Below, piece after piece: positions 28,412-38,708 of a stretch of DNA of 64,000 bases (position 1 is the stretch's first letter; each line of letters starts with the position of its first letter). Source of the stretch: a bacterium (GTDB lineage: Bacteria > SAR324 > NAC60-12); NCBI GenBank assembly GCA_965233585.1, contig CBDDTI010000747.1, forward strand, positions 1 to 64,000, read 5' to 3'. The translations under genes and the position numbers were made by a program. Under the pieces are notes generated by a model, which worked only from the letters and a program-made list of their open reading frames with translations, did not search any database and had not been told where the DNA came from.

Positions 28412-28642
28412 TATTTTCTCCTTAAATTTAATGAAAAATTAAAAAAACCTGCCCATAGCCATCTGCTTTGAACAAGTTCCAAACGAAAAAAGTTTTACCT
28501 CAAACACTTTCCTTGAAAAATGACTTTAAAAAATAAACTGCTTTCATCATCTCAAATTGACCTTGAGTTTTGAGCTAAGCAAGACAATGAAAAACCAGTC
28601 ATTCAAAGATGAGTGTCCAGACAAAACTTAGACAGGAAAGAG

Positions 28643-28670
28643 ATTATGCACGTACAAAAAAAAAAAACAA
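28643..28670 (-). promoter_or_regulatory. Candidate sigma70 promoter of the lipoprotein gene with poly(T)12 across the -35 and spacer
   Basis: Minus strand TTGTTT-N16-CATAAT; A12 tract at 28656-28667 on the + strand. Confidence 0.55.
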
Positions 28671-28984
28671 GCCTCAACGTTTTAAAAAGTTAAAAAAATG
28701 GCTTAAGCCTTGTCTGGAAAGTGTAAATTTTTCAAAAAAAGAATTATAAAAATCAAAAAGTTAAGCGAAAAAGAATCAGAACGAAAAAATTTGAAGAAAG
28801 TTTTGAAAGCTAAAAAAAGACAAAGCAGAAAGTGAGAAAGGGGAAGAGAGAAAAAATTTTTTCAGATGTTGACAACGACTGGGATTAGGGAACTAATAAA
28901 ACAACTGGACAAGGGGCGTCTGGCAAGCTACACTATTGGCTTTGACATTTTTTGTGATTGAACAACCCCAATAATTAAGAGAAG

Positions 28985-29404
28985 GTGATGTCTGGAGAAA
29001 ATCCGTATCTGACAAGTGTTGACGTCCAACCTCCCCAAAAATCTTACCGCCTCACTGTCAAAGGTGATGGCTGTGAGCAGGTCATCTCTGTCAATCCTGA
29101 AGATTTAGATGAAAACGGGATAGGATTGCATGGGTCGGTGTTGGATATTTTAGAAAAGGAAGGAATAGAAGTAGACCATGCTTGCGGAGGTCTTTGTGCC
29201 TGTTCTACTTGTCATGTCATTGTGCATGAAGGATTGGAAACCTGTAATGAAGCCACAGAAGATGAGGAAGACATGCTAGACATGGCACCGGGGCTTTGCT
29301 CTAAATCACGTCTGGCTTGCCAAGTTGTTCCCAATGGGTCAAGTGATGTGGTGGTTGAGATTCCTGAATGGAATCGTAATGCTGTCAGCGAAGCACCTCA
29401 TTAA
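28985..29404 (+). CDS. fdx: 2Fe-2S ferredoxin (ISC/adrenodoxin type)
   Basis: HACGGLCACSTCHV and SRLACQ motifs. Confidence 0.9.
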   Translation: MMSGENPYLTSVDVQPPQKSYRLTVKGDGCEQVISVNPEDLDENGIGLHGSVLDILEKEGIEVDHACGGLCACSTCHVIVHEGLETCNEATEDEEDMLDMAPGLCSKSRLACQVVPNGSSDVVVEIPEWNRNAVSEAPH

Positions 29405-29443
29405 ACCGAATGGGAGAGAAAAAATCATTTTAAGGGAAAACTT

Positions 29444-29821
29444 ATGATTTCTTTAACAGAACAAGCGGCTCAGCAGATTCAAAAAATTTTAGACCAACAG
29501 AACGTTCCCAAAGGTGAGGCAAAGATTAGGGTGGGTGTCAAAGGCGGGGGTTGCTCTGGGTTTACATACACTTTTGAATTTGACACACAACGAAGAAAGT
29601 TTGATTTGGAATTTGAATCGCAAGGGTTTGAGATTCTGGTTGACAAAAAAAGCCACATCTACATCAACGGGACAGAGATAGATTGGAGCTTCAGTTTGAG
29701 TGATAGGGGTTTAAAGTTCAACAACCCTTCAGCGAATAAGTCATGTGGTTGCAAGACCTCATTTTTATTTGAATCTTCGCAAAAAGACCAGCCCCCTGCG
29801 CCTTGGACACTGAGTTTGTAA
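29444..29821 (+). CDS. iscA: A-type Fe-S carrier (IscA/ErpA/HesB family)
   Basis: GVKGGGCSG and FNNP...SCGCKTSF motifs. Confidence 0.88.
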   Translation: MISLTEQAAQQIQKILDQQNVPKGEAKIRVGVKGGGCSGFTYTFEFDTQRRKFDLEFESQGFEILVDKKSHIYINGTEIDWSFSLSDRGLKFNNPSANKSCGCKTSFLFESSQKDQPPAPWTLSL

Positions 29822-29825
29822 TTTT

Positions 29826-30068
29826 ATGGAATTTGAACTTTCCCAAGCCATTAAACAGGCGATTGAAGAAGCGATTCCCCAGTCTGTTGCAGACATTGAG
29901 TTGCGTGGTTCTCATGCTGCCATTTCTGTCACATCACCCGTCTTTGAAGGCAAACGTCTTTTAGAAAAGCAAAGGCTGGTCTATGATGTGTTAAAACCCT
30001 TCATGTCAGGAGACAATCCCCCTTTGCATGCAGTAGATCATCTTCAAACTCTCACCCCATCATTTTAA
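29826..30068 (+). CDS. BolA/IbaG family protein
   Basis: H..ISVTSPVFEGKRLLEKQRLVY...LHAV. Confidence 0.88.
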   Translation: MEFELSQAIKQAIEEAIPQSVADIELRGSHAAISVTSPVFEGKRLLEKQRLVYDVLKPFMSGDNPPLHAVDHLQTLTPSF

Positions 30069-30142
30069 ATTTAATTCTTAACATTCAAAGAGTTGTTGCC
30101 TGTGTTTGACAAATAGGCTGGCAATTTCTGTATCTTTTTAGT

Positions 30143-32581
30143 ATGACTGAACAAATCATTGACATAGATATTTCTGAGGAGATGCGTGATTCCTACATGG
30201 AATACGCGATGAGTGTGATTGCAGGACGGGCGTTGCCTGATGTCCGTGATGGCTTGAAGCCTGTGCATCGCAGAATCCTGTTTTCCATGAACGAACAAGG
30301 TAATGACTACAACAAGCCTTACCGTAAATCTGCCACAGTGGTAGGTGACGTCATTGGGAAGTATCACCCTCACGGAGAAGCGGCGATCTATGATGCAATG
30401 GTTAGACTCACCCAAAGCTTTGCCACACGTTACCAGTTGGTAGATGGTCAAGGCAATTTTGGGTCAGTAGATGGGGATTCTGCAGCTGCCATGCGTTACA
30501 CAGAAGTCCGCATGAAGCAAATCACAGGGGAGTTGCTGGCAGACCTGAATAAAAACACAGTGGACTTCATGCCAAACTATGACAACTCTAAGCAAGAGCC
30601 AACTGTGTTGCCTTCCAAAATCCCAACACTGCTTTTGAATGGATCAATCGGAATTGCAGTGGGCATGGCATCAAATATCCCCCCTCATAATTTAGGTGAG
30701 GTGATGAATGCCTTCCTTTATTACATAGACAACCGACAAGCACCAGACCTCTTGGAGATGATGAAGCTGATGCCGGGACCTGACTTTCCAACAGGTGGGA
30801 CTATCATGGGAACTAGTGGAATTTACAGTGCCTACTCCACAGGGCGTGGAATCATTAAAATTCGGGCAAAGAGTCATATTGAAACAGAAAAAGAACGTTC
30901 TGCCATCATTGTGACAGAACTTCCTTACATGGTGAATAAAGCGGCTTTGCTGGAAAAAATTGCAGACCTTGCACGAGATAAAAAACTGGAGGGAATCTCA
31001 GATTTAAGAGATGAGTCTGACCGAAAAGGCATGCGAATTTTTATTCAAGTGAAACGTGGAGAGAACCCGCAAGTAGTGTTGAGCAATCTTTACAAACAGA
31101 CGGCGATGCAATCTTCGTTCGGTGTCATTATGCTGGCGATTGTAGACCGTCAGCCCAAAATCTTACCACTGATTCAAGTGTTCAAACACTTCTTGGCACA
31201 TCGCTTTGAAACCACCACCAGACGCATCCGCTATGATTTACAAAAAGCAGAGGCTCATGCTCATATCTTGCTTGGACTTTCCAAAGCATTGGAGCATTTG
31301 CAAGAAGTGATAGACCTGATTAAATCCTCTGCCAATCAAGAGGAAGCAAAGGAAACGTTGAAGGACAAATTTGACCTTTCACAAAAGCAGTCGCAAGCGA
31401 TTTTAGAGATGCGCCTACAACGACTGACAGGATTGGAGCGTCAAAAAATTGCTGATGACTTAGCCAGCACACAGCAAGCGATTGAAGAATATCGCTCTAT
31501 TCTTGCCGATGATGACAAGGTGTTTGCTATCATTCGTGAAGAGTCTTTGCAAATTATCTCAAAATATGTTCCAAATGACTCCAGACGTTCTGAGATTTCA
31601 ATGCAAAGCAGTGACATTTCTATTGAGGAGCTGATTACTTGTGAAGATGTGGTCGTGACCATTTCACGCAGTGGTTACATCAAAAGGAGTCCTGTCAATG
31701 AGTATCGTGTTCAGTCCCGCGGGGGCAAGGGACGTATTGGAATGGCAACCAAAGAAGAAGATTTTGTGGAAAAGATGTTTGTTGCCTCTACCCATGATGT
31801 GTTGTTGAGTTTTACAACTCTTGGAAGGGTTTTTGCCATTAAAGTTTATGAGATTCCACCTTCAGGTCCCAATAGTCGTGGAAAAGCGATTGTCAATTTG
31901 TTGCAACTGGAAGCTGAGGAAAAGATTTGCACTTACTTGAACATCTCAGCCTTTGAAGAAAACAAGTACATTGTGTTGGGAACAGCATTGGGCATTTGTA
32001 AAAAGACAGCATTGGTTGCCTTTAAAAACATTCGTAACAAAGGGTTGCGTGCTATCAATCTTGATGAAAATGACACGATGATTTCTGCTCAACTGACTGA
32101 TGGCTCGCAAGAGATTTTTCTTTCTACAAGAAATGGGTTGGGCATTCGCTTCCCTGAAGACAACTTGCGTCCGATAGGAAGGGCATCACGCGGGGTGATG
32201 GGAATTAGATTAAGGGAAGATGACCGTGTTTTGAGCATGAGTGCTTTGACACAGTCAGGGACCATTCTGACAGTTACAGAAAGGGGGGCAGGCAAACGGA
32301 CGAATCTTGAAAATTTTACTTTGCAAAAAAGAGGAGGCAAAGGGTTGATGATTCTCAAATCTACTGCACGCACTGGCAAAGTGGTCGGGGCTTCAGAAGT
32401 TGCACAAGACACAGAAATTTTGCTAATGACCAAAAGTGGGAAGTTGATTCGCATCAGTGCCTCTCAAATTAGTGTGATTGGCAGGGTTACGCAAGGAGTG
32501 AAACTGATTGACATTGATAAAGATGACTGCGTCATAGATTTTGCAGTTGTTCCCAACGAGAATGACGAAGGAACACAGTGA
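30143..32581 (+). CDS. gyrA: DNA gyrase subunit A
   Basis: RALPDVRDGLKPVHRR, AAMRYTE catalytic Tyr, GyrA-box QSRGGKG, beta-pinwheel CTD. Confidence 0.98.
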   Translation: MTEQIIDIDISEEMRDSYMEYAMSVIAGRALPDVRDGLKPVHRRILFSMNEQGNDYNKPYRKSATVVGDVIGKYHPHGEAAIYDAMVRLTQSFATRYQLVDGQGNFGSVDGDSAAAMRYTEVRMKQITGELLADLNKNTVDFMPNYDNSKQEPTVLPSKIPTLLLNGSIGIAVGMASNIPPHNLGEVMNAFLYYIDNRQAPDLLEMMKLMPGPDFPTGGTIMGTSGIYSAYSTGRGIIKIRAKSHIETEKERSAIIVTELPYMVNKAALLEKIADLARDKKLEGISDLRDESDRKGMRIFIQVKRGENPQVVLSNLYKQTAMQSSFGVIMLAIVDRQPKILPLIQVFKHFLAHRFETTTRRIRYDLQKAEAHAHILLGLSKALEHLQEVIDLIKSSANQEEAKETLKDKFDLSQKQSQAILEMRLQRLTGLERQKIADDLASTQQAIEEYRSILADDDKVFAIIREESLQIISKYVPNDSRRSEISMQSSDISIEELITCEDVVVTISRSGYIKRSPVNEYRVQSRGGKGRIGMATKEEDFVEKMFVASTHDVLLSFTTLGRVFAIKVYEIPPSGPNSRGKAIVNLLQLEAEEKICTYLNISAFEENKYIVLGTALGICKKTALVAFKNIRNKGLRAINLDENDTMISAQLTDGSQEIFLSTRNGLGIRFPEDNLRPIGRASRGVMGIRLREDDRVLSMSALTQSGTILTVTERGAGKRTNLENFTLQKRGGKGLMILKSTARTGKVVGASEVAQDTEILLMTKSGKLIRISASQISVIGRVTQGVKLIDIDKDDCVIDFAVVPNENDEGTQ

Positions 32582-32634
32582 ACCAGACTCATTTGAGTTA
32601 GTCAAAGACATATCCTATTTGAATCTTGATTGTT

Positions 32635-32895
32635 ATGCCTTATGTTTCTATGTTCTTTGGGATTATTATCAGAATGTTTCACAACGATCATAACCCCCCT
32701 CATTTTCACGCCATTTATCAAGGTCAAAGTGGCGTCTTTGATTTCAGTGGAAATATGATTAAGGGTCATTTAAGTTCAAAAAATGCTCAAAGATTAATCA
32801 AGGAATGGGCTGGTTTACATCAAAAAGAGTTAGTAGAAAACTGGGAAAAAGCAACGCGTGGTCAGCCTATCAATAAAATTGCTCCTTTAAACTAA
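32635..32895 (+). CDS. DUF4160-family protein
   Basis: MPYVSMFFGIIIRMF..DHNPPHFHAIY...LVENWE...KIAPL. Confidence 0.88.
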   Translation: MPYVSMFFGIIIRMFHNDHNPPHFHAIYQGQSGVFDFSGNMIKGHLSSKNAQRLIKEWAGLHQKELVENWEKATRGQPINKIAPLN

Positions 32896-32913
32896 TTTTT
32901 ATAAAGAATACTT

Positions 32914-33144
32914 ATGGAATATATGCCCCAAGTCGTTGACGCTGAATATTTACAAAATTATCAATTAAAAATTGTTTTTTCTAATGGTGTAGAAAAAGTA
33001 GTTGACTGCGAAAAGTGGCTCAAAGGAGAGATATTTGAGCCAGTAAGAAAGTTGGAATATTTTAAAAAATTTTTTGTAGATGGTTGGACAATCTCTTGGG
33101 AAAACGGAGCTGATATTGCTCCTGAAACTCTTTATTTAGACTAA
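32914..33144 (+). CDS. DUF2442-family protein
   Basis: YQLKIVFSNG...GEIFEP...TISWENGADIAPETLY. Confidence 0.88.
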   Translation: MEYMPQVVDAEYLQNYQLKIVFSNGVEKVVDCEKWLKGEIFEPVRKLEYFKKFFVDGWTISWENGADIAPETLYLD

Positions 33145-33241
33145 AAATCTATTTTTGAAGACATGAAAACGTCTCAAAAAATTCATGATACTCTTGGCAC
33201 TTAACTTACAAAAATCATAGCAATTTGATGATTGTTTCTTC

Positions 33242-33949
33242 ATGAAAATCACTGACCCTCTCAATTATGCTGGCAGAGATTTGGAGGCGATGACCTTTTC
33301 TGTCAATTATCACTATTGGATTTTTGAGCAAATCCAGCCGTATCTTGGGAAGAAGCTTTGTGAAGTGGGAGCAGGTTGTGGAAATTTTTCCCAAATTCTG
33401 GTGCAAAATGTAGAACACTTGACAGCTTTGGAGCCGTCAAATCAAATGTTCCCCTTGTTGCAAAAATATTTTGAGCATCATTCGCAAGTTGAAACGATTC
33501 ATTCTACTTTTGAGCAAAAACATCAAGACTTCAGTTGTGCATTTGACTCCATGGTTTATGTGAATGTGTTGGAACATATTGAAGATGATGAACAAGAGTT
33601 GTCATACATTCATAGTGCCTTAAAACAGAGGGGGCATGTTGTGATTTTTGTGCCTGCACTCTCTTTTTTGTATAGCGACTTGGATCAAGAGATTGGGCAT
33701 TTCAGAAGGTATCATTTAAAGCCATTGGTCAGACTAGTAGAACAGACAGGTTTTCGCATCAAAATTGCAAAATATTTTGACATACTGGGGATTTTACCTT
33801 GGTACATTGTTTTTGTTTTAATGAGGTCAAAGCAGAGTGCTACGAAAGTTAATTTGTATGACAAAATAGCCATTCCGATCGTTAAGAGATTAGAAAATTT
33901 GATCACACCTCCCATTGGGAAAAATATCCTGCTCATTGCCCAAAAATAA
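33242..33949 (+). CDS. Class I SAM-dependent methyltransferase
   Basis: EVGAGCG, NVLEHIEDD, FVPA...D...GHFRRY motifs. Confidence 0.88.
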   Translation: MKITDPLNYAGRDLEAMTFSVNYHYWIFEQIQPYLGKKLCEVGAGCGNFSQILVQNVEHLTALEPSNQMFPLLQKYFEHHSQVETIHSTFEQKHQDFSCAFDSMVYVNVLEHIEDDEQELSYIHSALKQRGHVVIFVPALSFLYSDLDQEIGHFRRYHLKPLVRLVEQTGFRIKIAKYFDILGILPWYIVFVLMRSKQSATKVNLYDKIAIPIVKRLENLITPPIGKNILLIAQK

Positions 33950-34007
33950 AGTTCATCAAGTGAATACTGATTGTTAAGACTCATTTTCATTTTCAAGCGG
34001 ATTTTTT

Positions 34008-36188
34008 ATGTTTTCTGTTGAACAAATTGATCGTGTGACTTCATGGCTGATTACTTTGACAGGTTGGTTGGTCATTTTGAGTGTTGTTGGAATTTTTGCC
34101 CTTTCGTTTCAAGTTGCGTTACCTTTGTTTTTGCCTGCCTCAATAGAACAAAGTTTTGAAAAACAAATCAAAACCTCTAAAAAAATTGTTGGAGTAGGTG
34201 TTGGAGATTATTTAGAAAACAGCTTTCTTTTGCAAGATAACGGCTCTTTGATTCTGTTTGAGAAGGAACAGCAAAACCAATATCAACTCACACCTCCCCA
34301 AGAAAATTTGACCATTCTGTCAGCCAAACTCTTATCCCAAAGTGTTTATCAGGTTCTCTGGAATGATGGAACTTTGACCCTTGAGCAAATCAGGTTTCAG
34401 CCTCAATTTACAGAAAAAGGTCGCATGATGACTTTGAAAGTAGAAAGATTGGGGAAATTTTCACTGACCTCAGATGCAAAAGTTGTGGGTTCTGGGATTT
34501 TTGGAGAAGAAGAATTGAAAAAAATTGCTGTTTCTGTCAATTCGCAAAATCAAATACAAGTGATGGTACAAACAGAGACAGAAGATTTTTTTGGAGAACG
34601 AACGATTGAAGAAGTGCAAATCAGTTTAAATCAGGTGTCAGGGAAGGAGGTGACAGCACTTGCTCTTGGGCAAGGAGGGGATTCACTTTTTGTAGGCACA
34701 AAATCAGGTCAGATGTTTCATTGGAGTCTTTCAGATATACAAACAGCAGAGTTTTTGGGAGAAGTTTCAACAGACTCCCAAAGTGCCATCAGCGCCATGG
34801 AATTTGCAATAGGTGGGATCTCATTGGTGGTGTCCCGTCAAGATGGCACATCTCAAGTTTATAGCAACTTTACCAACGATCAAGGTAGGCAGTGGGTTCA
34901 AATTCATCAACTCCCTCGCTTGGAAACCAGTGTTCAACAGCTGATTCCTGCCCCAAATAACAAGTCTATTTTTGTCAAAGATACTCAAGGTCGCATTCAT
35001 CTTTTTCATCTCACCACAGAACAAGAAGTGATTCAGTTTGGTAGCAATTTTGATTTTTTTATTCCTTCCAACAGAGGCAATGGCGGAGTTTCGTTTTCAA
35101 AAGGTCAGGTTCTGCAAATCTGGGAATTGGACAACCCCCACCCTGAAATCAGCTGGAAGGCATTGTTTGGTCAGATTTGGTATGAAGGCTATTCTGAACC
35201 AGAATATATTTGGCAATCTTCAGCGGCAAGTGATGATTTTGAGCCGAAGCTCAGCTTTATTCCATTACTGCTTGGGACTCTCAAAGGAGCATTTTATGCA
35301 ATTATTCTCGCCGCACCCATTGCTGTCTTTGGTGCCATTTATATCAGTCAGTTTGCCAAACCTGCTTTACGTAATGTGGTCAAACCTGTTGTAGAGATCA
35401 TGGCGGCGATGCCTTCTGTGATTGTGGGGCTTCTTGCTGCGCTTTGGCTTGCCCCCCTTTTGGAGTCATTTTTGATTGGTGCTGTCGTTGGCACGTTGTT
35501 GTCAGTCATTGGAATTTGGCTTTTTCTAATCTGCTGGGAAAAACTGAGTTGCCAATATCATTCACTGACGAAACTAGAAGGCGGTTGGGAGTTTGTCTTA
35601 CTGCTTCCCGTGCTATTGATTTGTTTTTATCTGGCAAATTTGCTTGCGCCATCAGTAGAATTACTGCTGTTTGGTGGCAATTTTAAGGAGTGGTTGTTTG
35701 CAGAATGGAAGACTCCTTACAGCCAACGCAATAGTATCATTGCAGGCTTTGCACTCGGATTTATGACAATTCCTATTATCTTCACCATTTCAGAAGATGC
35801 ACTTTCTAATGTGCCAACCAGTTTGAAAGCGGCATCGTATGCACTGGGTGCCAGTCGTTGGCAAACAGCAGCAAAGATTACATTTCCTGCAGCAATTTCA
35901 GGAGTGTTTGCCAGCATCATCATCGGTCTGGGACGTGCCATTGGTGAAACGATGGTGGTTTTGATGACAACAGGGAACACGCCTGTGACCAGTTGGAGCA
36001 TCTTTACTGGAATGCGAACGTTTTCTGCAAACATTGCTGTTGAATTACCTGAAGCCCCTGTGGACAGCACCTTGTATCGCTCCTTGTTTCTTTCTGCAAT
36101 TCTCTTATTTCTCATCACGTTTGTTCTCAACACCATTGCCGATGCTGTCAGGCAGCATTTTAGCAAACGTTACGGAACGATGAAGTAA
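34008..36188 (+). CDS. pstC: Phosphate ABC transporter permease PstC with a large beta-propeller-like insertion
   Basis: KPVVEIMAAMPSV, SEDALSNVP...ASYALGASRWQT, RAIGETM, IAVELPEA motifs. Confidence 0.9.
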   Translation: MFSVEQIDRVTSWLITLTGWLVILSVVGIFALSFQVALPLFLPASIEQSFEKQIKTSKKIVGVGVGDYLENSFLLQDNGSLILFEKEQQNQYQLTPPQENLTILSAKLLSQSVYQVLWNDGTLTLEQIRFQPQFTEKGRMMTLKVERLGKFSLTSDAKVVGSGIFGEEELKKIAVSVNSQNQIQVMVQTETEDFFGERTIEEVQISLNQVSGKEVTALALGQGGDSLFVGTKSGQMFHWSLSDIQTAEFLGEVSTDSQSAISAMEFAIGGISLVVSRQDGTSQVYSNFTNDQGRQWVQIHQLPRLETSVQQLIPAPNNKSIFVKDTQGRIHLFHLTTEQEVIQFGSNFDFFIPSNRGNGGVSFSKGQVLQIWELDNPHPEISWKALFGQIWYEGYSEPEYIWQSSAASDDFEPKLSFIPLLLGTLKGAFYAIILAAPIAVFGAIYISQFAKPALRNVVKPVVEIMAAMPSVIVGLLAALWLAPLLESFLIGAVVGTLLSVIGIWLFLICWEKLSCQYHSLTKLEGGWEFVLLLPVLLICFYLANLLAPSVELLLFGGNFKEWLFAEWKTPYSQRNSIIAGFALGFMTIPIIFTISEDALSNVPTSLKAASYALGASRWQTAAKITFPAAISGVFASIIIGLGRAIGETMVVLMTTGNTPVTSWSIFTGMRTFSANIAVELPEAPVDSTLYRSLFLSAILLFLITFVLNTIADAVRQHFSKRYGTMK

Positions 36189-36259
36189 TCCAAACTTTGC
36201 AATCATGGACTTCACTCAGAACAAAACAACTTAATTTTTATTAAATTAAACTAAACAAA

Positions 36260-37831
36260 ATGACAAACGCAGGAGAACGTTGGGTCTGGGTCAGTGCCTG
36301 TGCCTTGACGTTGATTTTATTTGCAACTATCACAGTCATTGGAATTATTTTTATAAGAGGAGGAAGCACGTTTTGGGTAGATGATCTGGCTTTGGTGAAG
36401 ATGCAAGACGTCCAGCCTGTGCTTGCAAAAATTCTTGCAGAAGATACGAATGTTGACACTGGAAACATTCAAGTCAACATGAAAGTTGGAAATCGTGAAC
36501 TTTATGGAATAGATTTTCGTTGGGTGAATCGTGATGACATTTTGGAGTTGTCCTATCCGAAAGAAGCGATTGTGATTGAACGTTACGAGTATGGTGATTT
36601 TCACGGATTCCTTAAAAAGATTCAATCGCCAGATCCATTGTCTGGAAGTGTTTGGCAGCAATTCCAACAAGCTCAAGAGAAGTTTCATTCCATCGGCTTA
36701 GAAGAGATAGAAGAAGAGATCACAGACTTAGTCACAAATTCCAGATTTATCAAACGTGAGCAAAAAAAACTCATCTATCAGGGGAAAGAGAATACTCCAG
36801 AAATGAAGAAGTTAGATGCTGAAGAAAAAGCATTCAAGCAAAAACTTCAAGAATTAGTGAAAAAGCAAACAAGTCTTTTGGAAAGTGCAGAACATTATCA
36901 GCTTGAGTTAGAAACAGCAGGTGGTCAACAAATTGTCGTGCCAATCACCCATGTTGTCAGGGCATACTATCCTAACCAACTTGGTATCTTTGGCAAGCTG
37001 TTGCATTATTTGGTGAAGGTGAGAGAACTCTTGTTAGATGCACCCCGTGAATCTAACACAGAAGGGGGCTTATACCCTGCCATCTTTGGCACAGTCACTC
37101 TGGTCATGGTGATGAGTATTTTTGCTTTCCCACTTGGAGTGATTGCTGCAATCTATTTAAGAGAATATGCCAAAAGTGGCTTGACTGTGAGGTTGATTCG
37201 GTTGGCAGTGAATAATCTGGCGGGGATTCCTTCTATTGTTTATGGAGTGTTTGGGCTGGGTTTTTTTGTCTATGGTGTTGGCGGGGTGATTGACCGCACT
37301 TTTTTTCCTGAATTTTTACCAACTCCTACCTTTGGATCTGGCGGAGTGCTTTGGGCAAGTTTAACGCTTTCTTTGTTGACTTTGCCTGTCGTGATTGTCG
37401 CAGCAGAGGAGGCAATCGGTGCAGTTCCTGAAGAAATCAAAGAGGCGTCTCTTGCATTGGGAGCGACCAAATGGCAGACTTTGTGGCGTATCATTATTCC
37501 AATGTCTTCACCGGGCATTATGACAGGATTCATTCTTGCCATGTCCCGAGCTGCGGGAGAAGTTGCACCCTTGATGATTACTGGTGTCGTGAAATTAGCC
37601 CCATCTGTTCCCATTGATTCTGAATTTCCTTATATTCATCTTGAACGAAAGTTTATGCACTTGGGCTTTCATATCTTTGATGTAGGATTCCAGTCTCCTA
37701 ATATTGAAGCGGCAAAGCCTATGGTTTTTGTAACCACTCTGCTTTTACTTTTGATTGTCTTGCTCTTGAGTGGGTCTGCAATCTATCTGCGAGCTTTTAT
37801 GAAAAAACGATACACTCTCAAAGCATTTTAA
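36260..37831 (+). CDS. pstA: Phosphate ABC transporter permease PstA (long form)
   Basis: EGGLYPAIFGT, NLAGIPSIVYG, EASLALGATKWQT, RAAGEVAP. Confidence 0.92.
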   Translation: MTNAGERWVWVSACALTLILFATITVIGIIFIRGGSTFWVDDLALVKMQDVQPVLAKILAEDTNVDTGNIQVNMKVGNRELYGIDFRWVNRDDILELSYPKEAIVIERYEYGDFHGFLKKIQSPDPLSGSVWQQFQQAQEKFHSIGLEEIEEEITDLVTNSRFIKREQKKLIYQGKENTPEMKKLDAEEKAFKQKLQELVKKQTSLLESAEHYQLELETAGGQQIVVPITHVVRAYYPNQLGIFGKLLHYLVKVRELLLDAPRESNTEGGLYPAIFGTVTLVMVMSIFAFPLGVIAAIYLREYAKSGLTVRLIRLAVNNLAGIPSIVYGVFGLGFFVYGVGGVIDRTFFPEFLPTPTFGSGGVLWASLTLSLLTLPVVIVAAEEAIGAVPEEIKEASLALGATKWQTLWRIIIPMSSPGIMTGFILAMSRAAGEVAPLMITGVVKLAPSVPIDSEFPYIHLERKFMHLGFHIFDVGFQSPNIEAAKPMVFVTTLLLLLIVLLLSGSAIYLRAFMKKRYTLKAF

Positions 37832-37858
37832 GATTTTAAAACACAATTTTTTAAGAGA

Positions 37859-38647
37859 ATGACAACACCAATAGACAGCCAGAACACAGGCTTTCAAACT
37901 CTCATTTCTACATCAGCTTTGGATTTATTTTATGGAGAGTCTCAAGCATTGTTCAAAATTGATTTGAATTGTCCCAAAGATCAGGTGACGGCATTGATTG
38001 GTCCTTCAGGTTGTGGGAAGTCCACCTTTTTAAGGTGTATCAATCGTATGAATGATTTGATTGACAATGTCAGGGTTGACGGAAGTATCAAACTAGATGG
38101 GTTGGAGGTCAATGATCCCAAGCTGAATGTGATTCAACTCCGCCGTAAAATTGGCATGGTTTTTCAAAAATATACGCCATTTCCCAAAAGCATTTATGAA
38201 AATGTCATTTATGGTCTGCGTATTGCGGGAGTGAAGGACAAGAGCAAGCTGGACGAAACGGCTGAAAAAAGTCTGCAAAATGCTGCGCTTTGGAACGAAG
38301 TCAAAGACAGACTTCATTCTTCTGCATTGGGTCTTTCAGGTGGGCAGATGCAGAGGCTTTGTATTGCCAGAGCATTGGCTGTCAACCCTAGTGTCATTTT
38401 AATGGACGAACCTTGCTCAGCGCTTGACCCTATTTCTACCTCCAGAATTGAAGAACTCATTTTGCAACTCAAAGGTCAGTACACGATTGTCATTGTCACA
38501 CACAACATGCAGCAAGCCTCTCGTATTTCAGATTACACCGCCTTTTTTTATCAAGGTTATCTTGTAGAATTTGGGCAGACTAGCCTCCTCTTCACCAAAC
38601 CTGAAAAAAAGGAAACTGAAGACTATATCACAGGACGTTTTGGGTAA
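37859..38647 (+). CDS. pstB: Phosphate ABC transporter ATPase
   Basis: [44 protein letters not shown]. Confidence 0.97.
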   Translation: MTTPIDSQNTGFQTLISTSALDLFYGESQALFKIDLNCPKDQVTALIGPSGCGKSTFLRCINRMNDLIDNVRVDGSIKLDGLEVNDPKLNVIQLRRKIGMVFQKYTPFPKSIYENVIYGLRIAGVKDKSKLDETAEKSLQNAALWNEVKDRLHSSALGLSGGQMQRLCIARALAVNPSVILMDEPCSALDPISTSRIEELILQLKGQYTIVIVTHNMQQASRISDYTAFFYQGYLVEFGQTSLLFTKPEKKETEDYITGRFG

Positions 38648-38708
38648 TGAGTCCTGACTATCAAATGAAGAAATGAGAAGAAGTGATGAGAATGATGAAG
38701 TTTGGATT

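Noticed and set aside
33195..33210. Sigma54 promoter TGGCAC-N5-TTAC
   Set aside because: Lacks the essential GC at -12.
34008..38647. pst operon lacking pstS/phoU as a defect
   Set aside because: These genes are often encoded elsewhere, and long PstC/PstA forms are known; cannot be judged from one window.
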